A stretch of 64,000 nt of DNA from Octopus vulgaris (Eukaryota): NCBI GenBank assembly GCA_951406725.2, contig OX597835.1, positions 36,580,001 to 36,644,000 of the forward strand, read 5' to 3'. Numbering within the stretch: position 1 is the first letter of the stretch; each line of letters starts with the position of its first letter. Shown here one piece after another: positions 52,532-64,000 of this stretch. The notes below the pieces were generated by a model. That model made no database searches and was not told the DNA's origin. It worked only from the letters and a program-made list of their open reading frames with translations. The position numbers were made by a program, and so were the translations under genes.

Positions 52532-52699
52532 TGCTAGATCTGACATTTTGCAACTATCTGACATCTATCCTACGATATTGTTTTACAAATAAACAATTAC
52601 ATAATCAAAATCTTGAAGTTATGAGATAAAGCATGATTAATTCAAAACAATGTGAATAAATAAGCATTACATTTGACATGGGAATCTGGATGCTAAAAG

Positions 52700-53640
52700 A
52701 TAGAAATTGTGTACCTCTGGTGACAGCAGTATGTAGTTCATTTTTCCTGTTAACAGACACTGCAGTTGGTATAGTATGTGTAGTCTCTTGCAGTGACAGG
52801 GTTAGCAATTGCGTGTTCCAGATAAGCAAGGAAGGGCCATATCAATGATACTCCATTTGATGTTGGATAAGTCATTCTGATGGTCATGGAGCCTCTAGAC
52901 GAAGTGAGATCAAGAGGTTGAGTTTTCCTTGTTCCTGTACTTGAAGGAGTGCATGTGCTGTTTATATCTTTCCTTAAAATCATTAGCTGTCATGCCTGTG
53001 TAATGTTTTGTGATGCTATCTTATGGTACAAGAGTGTATCTATAGACTACACCTTTTGAGAGGCAAGTTATTCCCTGTGGGCAGCTGGTAGAAATTCAAA
53101 AGTTACAGGTTGCGGTGTAGATTGGAAGCTGTGTAGGTGTTTGTGGCATGTGATGAGTAAAGTGATATTGTCTAAACAGGAATAACTGACTTTAACATTG
53201 TGGGGACTGAAGGATTTATAATACCTATGGGTTCTTGGTAAATGTTTTTTTAATTAGTGTTAAGAAGCTCCTGGTTATGTTAGTTTCTAGGTTGTATGGA
53301 GGATCGAACCAGTTTATTTTTGTTTCCAACTCTCTTCAGGTTCAGGGTTTGGGTGATGTACTTCATATATATATATATATATCAGCAAATCCACTCCTTG
53401 CTAATGTCTCATTATAGTAGGGTGCAGTCAAGTTGGAGATTTTTCTGTTTGCTGATAGATTAGAGATTCTCTTCTTATGCTTGTAAATAGGTTTCTAATT
53501 ACAGTTGTAGGGTGGTTGGAGTTTCCATGGATATAAACAATTTTCTCATTGAGTTTTATATAAGAGTAGTACTTGCATGTCCACAAGTTTAGACTGGTAA
53601 GAGTGATAAGGGAGTGTGTAAACTAAGAGAGACCATGATT
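52700..53640 (-). pseudogene. Decayed Penelope-like element ORF (RT thumb, linker and GIY-YIG endonuclease)
   Basis: YIHGNSNHP, RISNLS..PYYNETLARSGF, NVKVSYSCLDNI, CP.G.TCLSKGVVYR...HYTGMTANDFKERYKQH..SF, IKWSII, NRKNEL; many stops and frameshifts. Confidence 0.8.
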
Positions 53641-53715
53641 GCTACATGTTTGTTATTGACAGGGAGTTAAAGAGAAAACAACATGAACAGAATTATGGGA
53701 AAGCAGTAAAGATTT

Positions 53716-54091
53716 ATATTTCATTTTGGGATTTGGTTTGCAAGATCCATTACGTGAGTTCGTGTGTTGAAGCATATTCTGTTGTGTCTGGGGAGAGTCA
53801 TTTTCTTTCTGTGCCTTATAATTTAACACACACATCGGTAAAATTTCCACTTTTTTTTCTTATTTTTATTTTCCTAAAATTTTCATTGCGTCTTGCAACC
53901 TTTTCAATAGTTTTGACTCTGTCCTTTATTTACACTGCTGTTATTTACTTGCAAACTATTGAAAAGGTTGCAAGACGCAACGAAAATTTTTGGAAAATAA
54001 AAATAAGAAAAAAAAGTGGAAATTTTACCGGTGAGTGTGTTATATAGTATAAGGCACAAAAAGAAAATGACTCTCCCCAGACACAACACAA
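53716..54091 (-). mobile_element. Hairpin-plus-tail element with 9-bp TSD
   Basis: About 135 bp arms (53780-53913 and 53953-54088), tail 53716-53779, flanking direct repeat taaagattt. Confidence 0.72.
53956..53993 (+). ncRNA. Minimal hammerhead-like motif, U3-A8 variant (mirror copy 53874-53910, - strand)
   Basis: cta-TTGAAAA-g-gttgc aagac gcaac-GAAA-attt...; perfect 5-bp stem II; stem I is only 3 bp (cta/tag in the mirror arm). Confidence 0.45.
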
Positions 54092-54388
54092 TAAAGATTT
54101 GTTGTGGTAAAAGAGAATGGATGATGGAGTGCAACAGGGATTGTGAAGGTGAGGTCCATAGATGCCGACTTGAAATTATAAGGTGGTGAGAGATAATTGT
54201 GACTAGTGGTAGAGGGTGACAAACAAGGAGTACTGAACTGGGATGTTTAATGCCATCCCTCACTACACAGGCATCATGATGGAAGGGAGAAGGGGTTTGC
54301 ATGATGGAGGGATGGTGGGAAAGAAGTATAATAATGACAATAGGTAATGGTTGAAGGATTGAATATAGCTGCTGTCACTTGTTATATA

Positions 54389-54551
54389 CTGTATTTTAAT
54401 ATGTATAAGGAACCCTTTTTTTTGTCAAAAATTAGGTTTGAAAAAATATGGGAGTTTCTTTTACATGGATAGTATTATTCCCTTAGAAAACCTTTTTTCC
54501 AAATTTTAAGCTCCCAAAATTAGGGGGTTCCTTATACATATTAGAATACAG
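54389..54551. mobile_element. pogo/Tc1-type MITE
   Basis: TA-ctgtattttaatatgtataaggaaccc ... gggttccttatacatattagaatacag-TA. Confidence 0.7.
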
Positions 54552-54592
54552 TACATGGCATGGTACAGAGAAGAGAATAATGAATAGGGTTT

Positions 54593-54623
<31 letters not shown>

Positions 54624-54905
54624 CCATATATATATCGTGATCACATGACTGACCAGGCTATCAGATTTTGTTACTCATCATTGATCACAATGCGCTGTTG
54701 CATTGTTACAGCCTTCAAAAGATGGCCACCCCGCTGACTAGGCAAGCAAGCTAACATTCCTACATGATCGAAAGGGGATATTAAAGCAATGTGGAATGAA
54801 GTGTTTTGCACAAGAACACAAAACTGCTCAGCCTGGAATTCGAACCCATGATCTAGTGATCATGAATGCAACACTCTTAACCACCGGGCTACGTGCCTAT
54901 GTGTA

Positions 54906-54952
<47 letters not shown>

Positions 54953-57250
54953 AATTATTAATTTTATTAGTATTGTTATTGATTAGCAGAAGTTACTGAG
55001 TGACTCATGGGCCAACAGTTTCTTGCAGAGCCAATGCTCAAAACTTTTGTCCCTTGAGTAACTCTGTCAGTTCGGCCAATTAATAATAAAATCTAATATT
55101 TAGAGTTGCATTTTCCTGTTTGTATTACCAAACTTATATACATGTGTGTGTGTGTGTATGTATGTATATATATAATCAAAAATAAGCAACAAGAATGGAT
55201 CCGGTAATTTAGTACAATTGTTTCATACTATAACATTTTATTAAAAGCTGTAAATATATATATATATTTATATATATATATATATATATACATGCGTCTG
55301 TGCATACATATATATATTAGAAGTGACACCTTCACTAATTGATACTATGAGTTCTACATTTCCAATCTTCAAAAGATATGAATTTCAGAGTAACAATTTG
55401 GGAAGTTTTTTAGCTTCTAATAAATACAACTCAACATTCTGTATTGAGTACTCTTCTTGTTTGGACCTTTTTTTTTTGCTAACATACATGAATACACAGA
55501 CACACACATGTACAACATCACCGACACACACGTGCACTGTCACACAAATACACACACACACACTTACACATGTACACCCTCACTCATACACATACGTATA
55601 CTGCATGCGACATATTATTCTCTTTGTTTCTGCTGGGGTAATGTGTCTTTGACTAACAATAAGCATCATGGCTGCATCGCAACCGTGTTTGTCTTACTAA
55701 ACTCTGCCTATGATAGCATTTAATCGCTTCTGCTTTTGTTGTATATTTGGCATTTAACCATTTAAAGAACTTCATTTGGAGTGGCAGGTGAGGGCAGGTG
55801 CCTTTGTAGTGTGCTTCTGTATTGTCTGAATAAATTTCTATATTGCAATAACATTGCTCTAGTGTCTTTGTCCAGCTTGTAACTTTTGGCATTGCAATTG
55901 GCGCAAAAAAACATGATGTTGCTATAGCAACACCACTGCATCTATGCTGCGTTATTTGTACATTATTGCTTAGACTTTAACATTCAGCTTGCCATTGCAG
56001 AAAAATATGGCATTACTACAGCATCATCATTGCACCTATATTGTGCTACTTATGCGTCACTATCCAGCTTTTGATTTTCAGCTTTCTCATCAGACAAGAT
56101 AATTCAATGTATATAACACACACACACACACACAAAATAAATGCCACATGCAAACACATGGTATATTTATAGAAGAAAGCATGCACATCTAAGTGTCAAA
56201 AGATGACACCACCATGGTTTCATTATTGTACCTCCATCTGACTACTTATGCATTGTTGTTCATTGTTTAGCTTGTAACTTTTGGCTTTGTCATTGCAGAA
56301 AAGCGGCATCAACATGGTATGATTACTATACTTCATGGTACCATTTTTTTTTTATCGTTGCTCAGCTTTTGCAGACAAACCTCTATCATTCTATCTTGAT
56401 GGTATAACCACTGCATTGCGTTGTGTCATTCTATCATTTCTACTTGACATTTAAAGCTAACCCTGTGTCATTTCATTACTGCAGTATTTCCATTCTGTTA
56501 CTTTACTTATCACATCTTTGGATACATATCACAATTCTGGAAGTTTTGTGGTCTTTTTTACAGCTTTATTTCTGCTAAAACCATGACATCACTTCAGTAA
56601 CACCACTGCGTCTTATGCTACAAAATTTCCAAGCCATACTTAGCATAAAAACTGCACTACTTACTTACTCATATGCTGTTGCTATTGTCTCAGAGGTTAT
56701 AAATTTCGCTGTAAACATTTTTGCCATAGGAAAATACACTGTAAAAAAAAAAAAAAATTGTGAAAACAAAAAAGGATCAGCTGTTTTTTGTCTTTAAATG
56801 ACAACTTCATCAACTGACCTATCAAATTAGATAAAGGTAATTTCTTTGAAATAAGTTACCTAGCTTACAGTCCGCTTGTGTGCCTACGTTTTGGTGAAAT
56901 TTCCTGTGGCAAATTTTCCTATGGCAAAAATGTTTACTGCGAATTTTCTGGATATGTATCTTGGAGACCACAAAATATCCAACATTGGTGAATGATTGTC
57001 ACACCACAAACAGCAGAAACAAGAGGACGACACGGAAGAAGCAGAAGATGACATCTTTATTCATGTGTGTAATGCTTTTCTGGACATTTTAAAATATTTT
57101 TTTGGTTTTCCTTTTGTATATAGGATGTTAATATCAACTATTTTATGGCTATTTTTTGGTCGTAATTGTTGTCATTTAGCGCCGTGATTAAGCAGATCTA
57201 TGGTAAAATGTATTCCAAGTATTTTTTTTACGTTTCTGATATACTGTCAG

Positions 57251-57481
57251 GGCGGCGAGCTGGCAGAAACATTAGCACGCCAGGCGAAATGTGTAACCGT
57301 ATTTTGTCTGCCATTACGTTCTGAGTTCAAATTCCGCCGAGGTCGACTTTGCCTTTCATCCTTTCGGGGTTGATTAAATAAGTACCAGTTACGCACTGGG
57401 GTCGATATAATCGACTTAATCCGTTTGTCTGTCCTTGTTTGTCCTCTCTGTGTTTAGCCCCTTGTGGGTAGTAAAGAAATA
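57251..57481 (+). mobile_element. Full-length SINE family B (others 18813-19110 +, 34947-35176 +, 21370-21680 -)
   Basis: TSD gatatactgtca; Nin/Deu-like core; Tx1-like 3' tail. Confidence 0.85.
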
Positions 57482-58457
57482 GATATACTGTCAAAGTCCA
57501 AAGCAAAATTATGGTTTAGAATTAACGATAGATATTAAGCATATATGGTATGCTCTGTAGAGTGGTTGGCATTAGGAAAGGTACCAAACTGTAAAAACCA
57601 TACCAAAGCTGACAGTAGAGCTTGGTGCAATCTTTTGGCCTACCAGCTCTTGTTAAACCGTTCTATGCTCTCATGGAAGACAGACATTAAACAATGATGA
57701 TGGTGATGATGCTCCAGGAATCCCATTGTGTGCATACGTGTTGGGTATTTTGCTAGAAGTAGCAGTCAAATCTCTGTGTATTACACTATGATCTTAAAAA
57801 GAAAGGAATGATGCAATAGACAGTGTAGTCTTTGATACATTGTGTCTGTAAGAAAATAAGATAGTCTAATCTGGAATATCTTTGGACATAGGCCTGCTAG
57901 GGGGTATTGCTCCAGCATGGCTTTTGCTGTAATCACTAAAACAATATGAAAAGTTCAAGAACTCTTTGATTAGTTCAGTTGGAGATGATCTGGTGTTAAA
58001 GTGCACAGCAGGGGTCGCCACCACCCCCTGCCGGAGCCTTGTGGAGCTTTTATCTTTTGCCTGAAACAAAAGATAAATGATAATGTTATCCAATATGTGT
58101 TTTTGTAAGAAGATAACATGTGATCTGAGAGAGATTGGCTGCTATTTCAAGCAGACTTGAGCAGTCATATTGAGGATGATGAGAGAAGAAAAAAAAAAAA
58201 GGGTAGTATTTGCAATAGAAAAATTTTCTCCTCTATCTACTGAGGGTGGGGTGAGGATGGAGAGAGGTTCTGTGTAGTAATTCCATGTGTTAGAAATAGC
58301 AGCTAAATCTCCCTGAAATTAGACCTTCCCATCTGAGAAATAAAGAACTCTTAGCTAACCTGAAGCTAAACACCATCTATTTATGGGCTCCGTTATTTTT
58401 GTTTTTTTATTGTGTGTATATTGGTTCCCTTTTAATGAACAATACATGATAGATCAA

Positions 58458-58648
58458 TGTGCTAGAAATAGCAGCCAAAGTCTTCTTCTGATCACCCCCT
58501 GCTAGAAATAGCAACCAAAGTCTTCCTCAGATCACACCCTGCTAGAAATAGCAGCTAGAGTCTTCCTCAAAAAATAGCAGCTAAAGTCCTCCTAAAATTA
58601 CACCCTGCTAGAAATGGCAGCCAATACCTTCCTCAAATCACTTCCTGC
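58458..58648. repeat. Tandem repeat, about 40 bp unit (gctagaaatagcagccaaagtcttcctc...)
   Basis: About 5 imperfect units. Confidence 0.75.
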
Positions 58649-59041
58649 TCTCTTAAAATATGAAGGGGCACATTCAGTATTTGTAATGATTCCAAAGTTT
58701 GGATGATCGTGTTCGGAACATCTTTGATCATAGGTGTGCTCCATCAGAAGTGACCTGGGGCTAAATAACTACAGCAATTGTATGTTCTATCACCATCATC
58801 ATCATCAACCCCTGGACATTGTCTCAAGTCCTAAAACTCATAGACCTGGTTACCTGGTTTCCATGGCATTATAAGGGTTCAAGATGACAACGTCCCCCTT
58901 GAATGGGAACCCAGTTCGTTTCAGGGTTACTCATTTACAGCTGAACAGACTGGAGCAGTTTGAAATGAAATGTCTTTCTCAAGAACAAAATGCACTCCCT
59001 GACCCAGGGATGGAAACCACCATCTTGTCATAATGAGTGTG

Positions 59042-59451
59042 GGATCTTTGCGGTTTGAACGGCAGTTTTTTCTAGCGGTGTCATATGAAATTGTCACCCA
59101 TAATTATTACCCTAGTATCAATCTATTGCATTTCAATCTGTTTTAGGGTTAGGGGTGAGGTGAAGGGTATCTTTCTTTCTTCACAAATGTAAATAAACCC
59201 AATCTGTTTCTTAAACGAGGGACATATTCATACAGCACAGAATGTTTTTTACATCAATGGATGTCATTGATTGGTTGAAATTGCAGAAATTGAAAAAAAA
59301 ACAACAAATATCTTACAAACTATAGAATTTTCTCAATAAAGCCAAGAGAAAAAGATGTTTTATAAACACATTCTACCAGTATACGAAGTTTAAAATTTTT
59401 TAGTTACCTAGAAATTATGTTAAAAAACTGCCGGTCAAGCCGAAAAGATCC
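59042..59451. mobile_element. Merlin-like MITE
   Basis: Same TIRs as 9909-10332; 8-bp TSD tgagtgtg; ends about 100 bp upstream of exon 7. Confidence 0.8.
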
Positions 59452-59549
59452 TGAGTGTGTCATCATAACCACAAGCTACATGCCTTCGTTGTATGTATTC
59501 TCATTCTTTATTCCCTTATTCATCATTGATATTTCTGATTGCCTTGCAG

Positions 59550-59916
59550 CGACCGAGCGAAGGGGACGTAACTGCCAGTCGGTACCAGGGATCACAGAGA
59601 CTTGCCAACTTTTTCCGGAGCAGCAGCCAAGCAGAGATCGATGTGAACTCCACATCGCCAGACATACGATCGACGGGATCATCGCCTTCTAACTTTATGA
59701 TCGGATGTCTGAATGAGAGTCCAAGTTTCAGCCTGAATGACCGACACGGTCAAGGTCAAGTTCAAGGACGTTCAGGGTCAGATCCGGCTCTTGGAGAAGC
59801 TTCATCTTCAATTTTGTTTGGTGGCATGAAGAAGGACTTGTCTGATAACGAGGCGTACGGAAGAGCAGACAAATTACAAGCAATGGAGTCAAATTCTCCG
59901 AGTAATTATAGTAAAG
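59550..59916 (+). CDS. WDR91: WDR91 coding exon 7 (linker)
   Basis: Acceptor ccttgcag; open frame RPSEGDVTASRYQGSQRLANFFRSS...SPSNYSK; donor G/gtattt, phase 1; phase-compatible with exons 6 and 8. Confidence 0.7.
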
Positions 59917-60403
59917 GTATTTATATTTATTTAAAATAATAATAATAATAATAATAATGAAATTATTGTATACTTCATCCGTGTCGGTGACACGTAAAAA
60001 GCACCAACAATCGCAAATATTTGCTAGCCTCCTCTGGCCCCTGTGCTGTTGGCATGTAAAAAGCACCCACTAAACTCTTGGAGTGGTTGGCGTTAGGAAG
60101 GGCATCAAGCTGTAGAAACACTGCCAGATCAGACTGGAGCCTGGTACAGCCTCCTGGCTTCCCAGATCCCCAGTCAACCGTCCAACCCATGCTAGCATAG
60201 AAAACGGACTTAAAACGATGGTGATGATGATACATAAAGTGTACACACACATATATACATACATGCATATAAATTTCTGTGTCTGTGTATATGTCTACAC
60301 GCACACATAAATTTAAATATATATAGATTTAGATGTTTGTCTTTACAGTTATATGTTTGTATATAGATATGTATATATATATATGTTACTCTTTTAGTTT
60401 CAG

Positions 60404-60441
60404 ATGATTCAGAAGAATTACCATTCCTACTGCTTAGTCAA
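60404..60441 (+). CDS. WDR91: WDR91 coding exon 8 (38 nt)
   Basis: Acceptor tttcag; DDSEELPFLLLSQ (cf. vertebrate PFIVLGQ); donor CAA/gtaagt, phase 0. Confidence 0.82.
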
Positions 60442-61253
60442 GTAAGTATGACGCTGCTTCATAATAATGTATAAATTTCTTTTATGGGGTGATAGCCATG
60501 GTTGTGGAAGCGAAGCGATTATCTCAGCATATGTGCCGTGTCTGTGTGAGCTAACTTATATACCCATTTATGTGTATGTACACACACACACACCACATAT
60601 GTGAGCATATGTGCAAAACAAGTGGGAAAAGATTAGTACTTGAATACCAAAGGTAGATTAGAATTGTATATTTAATTCAGGTTCTGTAAAACTTATGTGT
60701 CGTTGTCAGAGCAGCCAACTGGCTCCGTGCCGGTGGCACGTAACAGGGACCATTCAAGCGTGATCTTTACCAGCATCGCCTTACTGGCACCTCTGCTGGT
60801 GACATGTGTAAAAAGATTCGAGCAAGGTCATTGCCAGTACTGCCTGATTGGCCCCGTGCTGATGACATGTAAAATGCACCCACTACACTCTCAGAGTGGT
60901 TGGCGTTAGGAGGGGCATCCAGCTGTAGAAACTCTGCCAGATCAAGATTGGAGCCTGGTATCACCATCTGGTTTGCCAGCCCTCAGTCAAAATCGTCCAA
61001 CCCATGCTAGCATGGAAGGCGGATGTTAAACGATGATGATGATGATATATGTGTGTGTGTGTGTATCTATATATGGAAATGGGCCCTCTTCAATCATGAA
61101 GACCATGGGATTGCACCTTGAAAGTTTCCCTCTCAGGCACAAGTCCGAGCAAGGTAGATTATGGAAGACCAGCAGTCACCCATGCATACCAGCCTCTCCT
61201 CTCTACGCCACTGATGTTACCCAAGGGAAAGGTAAAGGCTGATACAGCTTAGC

Positions 61254-61616
61254 TTGAGAGGCGGTTGGATGGAACTTACACTCGCCTCCTTATGAGAGCT
61301 CAAAATCTCTCATAGAAGCGTCATCCAACCAAAGTACAAATATAAGGGAAATTACCACCTGTATCATCTCTTGTGAAAGGTAGAAGAGTCCAGTTTGCTG
61401 GACATTGTTGTAGAGCTGAAAACGAGGTAATTTCTACTCTTCTCCTCTGGAAGCCATCTGCTTGCGATACCAGAGGGCGCACACTCTCCTACCCTGATGT
61501 AATCTCCAGGGATACAGGCATCCAGCAACAGGACCTCCGTAATGCTATGATGGACCATGAAGTCTGGCGTAACATAGTAAATTCCATTGTCTCAACCACG
61601 GTCGAATATGATGATG
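61254..61616 (+). mobile_element. RTE-X-like LINE 3' end inserted in a SINE
   Basis: RRLDGTYTRLL...RRVQFAGHCCR...NAMMDHEVWR, (ATG)n tail, TSD acagcttagc. Confidence 0.75.
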
Positions 61617-62141
61617 ACAGCTTAGCACCAGTGATGTCAAAACTCATTTCTACAGCTGAGTGAACTGGAGAAATGTGAAATAAAGTGTCTTGCTCAAGAA
61701 CACAATGTATCCATTCATAAACACACACACACACACACTTGTGTGTGTGCAGTACCCCTGGGCCTTGCTGTATCCTCTAGTTCCAGTCGTTCCTACCCAG
61801 ATCATCAGCTCTCTGGAATCTCTTCCTTGGTTATGTCTTGGCTACTGATTTGATTTGTGATAATTCAAACAGAACATTAACAGCAACACACACACACACG
61901 CATACACACACACATGGAAGCATGTATGTATGCACATGAGCACACAGACATTCTGCCTCTCACACACACATTCTTTCTCTCTCACACACTCTCCCTCTCT
62001 CACATGCACACACATTCTCTCATATACACAAACACATTCTCTCTCTCTCACACACACACACACATGCTCACCCACTTTCACATATACCTAAACAGTCCTC
62101 CTTTAGTTACTAAGTCTGTATAATTCCATCTTTTCATTCAG

Positions 62142-62236
62142 GAAGAATACGGAGAACATCGGTCCGGCATCTGTTATTGTCGGTTTAGCAATTCTGGTCA
62201 GTATGTGGCCAGTCTGGATGCCGATGGAGTGGTCAA
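62142..62236 (+). CDS. WDR91: WDR91 coding exon 9 (first WD40 repeat)
   Basis: Acceptor ttcattcag; [32 protein letters not shown]; donor AA/gtaagt, phase 2. Confidence 0.92.
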
Positions 62237-62475
62237 GTAAGTAAATTGTCTGTCTGTCTATCAGTTTCTCTTTCTCTGTCTCTGTGCATATGGTCAGGGT
62301 GTGATTTTGGAGACTGACCACTGGATAAAGAACAGTCTGTCTCTTAGTGTGTGTGTCTGTCTGTATATGATTGTGTGTGGTGTCTGTATTTTGTGTGTAT
62401 GTGTGGTGTCAGTGTGTGTGTGGTGTGATGTTTTTGATATTGTGTTGATACTCTTCTGATATTGTTCTCTGCTAG

Positions 62476-62572
62476 AGTCTGGACATGGAGCCCTCAGCCA
62501 GCTACAAAGGCCACATGTATGGCAAAATCTCCGTTCCTCTCTTTAGAATGGTCACAGAAATCAGACAGACTT
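62476..62572 (+). CDS. WDR91: WDR91 coding exon 10
   Basis: Acceptor ctctgctag; VWTWSPQPATKATCMAKSPFLSLEWSQKSDRL; donor CTT/gtaagt, phase 0. Confidence 0.92.
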
Positions 62573-63273
62573 GTAAGTAAAACATTTAGTTTGAATTTTT
62601 TTTTTATATTATTTTTAAAAATTTATTTATCAAATGCTGTGTGTGTTAAACAAAAGCATGGCTTTGTAGGTCAAGAGTTTTCTTTACCATCCTACAGTTT
62701 AAAGTTCAACTTCGTTGTGCACCATCTTGGATGTGTGTTCCCCTACTATTGCATCCAGCTCACTAAGGCCTTGTCAGTGAATTTGGTTGATGGAAACTGT
62801 GAGGAAGCATGTCATGTTAGTATGTGTTATTCTCAAAACGCTAGTGTAATATCCCATGCAATACATATGTATACGTACATTTCTATGTGGTCTCATGATC
62901 ATGTGACTGACCAGACCATCAGATGTTGCTACACATCACTGGTCACAATGCGTTCACATTGTTTTAGCCTTCGAATGACGCCACCCCGCTGGCTAAGCGA
63001 GCAGGCTAACAGAAGAAAGAGTGAGAGAAAGAGTGGTGAAAGAGTACAGCAGGGATCACCATCTCCTGCCGGAGCCTCATGGAGATTTTAGGTGTTTTCG
63101 CTCAATAAACACTCACAATGCCCGGTCTGGGAATCGAAACTGCAATCCTACGACTGCGAGTCCACTGCCCTAACAACCGGGCCATTGCGCCTCCACACAT
63201 TTGTATGTATACATTAGTATGTATACATTAGTATATATCATCACAGTAATAATATAACCCTCTTTTCTTTCAG

Positions 63274-63368
63274 TTACTTCTGGGTAATCGATCTGGAAAT
63301 ATCCGATTGTTTGATGTGAAGGACAAGAGATCAGTTGTAGAAGCCTGCACAGATCAAAGTTACCCCAG
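63274..63368 (+). CDS. WDR91: WDR91 coding exon 11 (gene continues past the window)
   Basis: Acceptor ttttctttcag; LLLGNRSGNIRLFDVKDKRSVVEACTDQSYPR; donor AG/gtaagg, phase 2. Confidence 0.9.
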
Positions 63369-64000
63369 GTAAGGACATGACTGATTTCATCCTTCAGAAG
63401 AGTACTGCTCCTTTCATGGACTCTCATGCACTCCTGTGGGCTCTCCTTTCGTAGATGGCAGATGAAGGTCTCACAGTTTCTTACTGAACAACCCACTGTA
63501 CATTAGCTCACTCCCTCCATCAAATTAACATTACCTGCACAGGTGCAGGGTATATCACTTGTTAGATGATGAAGTAATTGCCGTGCATTGGGAAATGAAG
63601 TGTTTTGCTCAAGAACACAATTCACTGTCTGATCTGGGTATCGAAACTGCCATCTCATGATCATGAATACAACACCCTAACCACTAGGCTTCATGCTCTC
63701 ACATAGACCTTTTAGGACTGGACAAAGCTGACCCTGAAATACATGGAAGGATTATACTTGATTAGGGGTGATTTCATGGCATATCTATTCCCCACCTGGA
63801 TGGGATGCTCCTATTGCAGGATTGCTCACTTTTGCCAGCTGAGTGGACTGGAGCAACATGAAAAGAAGTGTTCTGCTCAAGAACACAACGTATTGCCTGC
63901 TCCAGGAATTGAAACTACAATCTTACAATTATGAGTCCAACACCCTATCCACTAAGCCATACGCCTCCACGAGGTAATATGCAGTGGAATAGAACCCTGC

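Noticed and set aside
56996-57187. Acidic short ORF as an extra WDR91 exon
   Set aside because: No convincing splice sites, and exons 6 and 7 already join in phase; hidden exons in this intron cannot be excluded without RNA data.

Overview
Repeat-rich animal genomic DNA. It is most likely a coleoid cephalopod (Octopus), inferred from its tRNA-derived SINE families; it is not prokaryotic. One host gene is present: the 5' part of WDR91 on the + strand, with 11 phase-consistent coding exons from 20926 to 63368 (about 593 codons), continuing beyond the window. Its third intron is an AT-AC U12-type (minor spliceosome) intron. The rest is microsatellites, minisatellites, SINEs, LINE remnants (Tx1, RTE, RTE-X, CR1-like), Tc1/mariner relics, MITEs and a Helitron. 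The most striking unannotated signal is a set of mutually unrelated 'hairpin-plus-tail' mini-elements inserted in (TA)n or with 9-12 bp TSDs. Most of them carry minimal type I hammerhead-ribozyme motifs whose cores co-vary at the tertiary pair 3-8 (C3-G8, U3-A8, G3-C8). A decayed Penelope-like RT/GIY-YIG ORF lies nearby. In addition, an abundant SINE shares its 3' terminal 42 nt with a (TATC)n-embedded Tx1-clade LINE and shows recurrent same-nucleotide self-junctions. Almost all long ORFs in the track are translations of simple repeats. All alignments and folds were done by eye.
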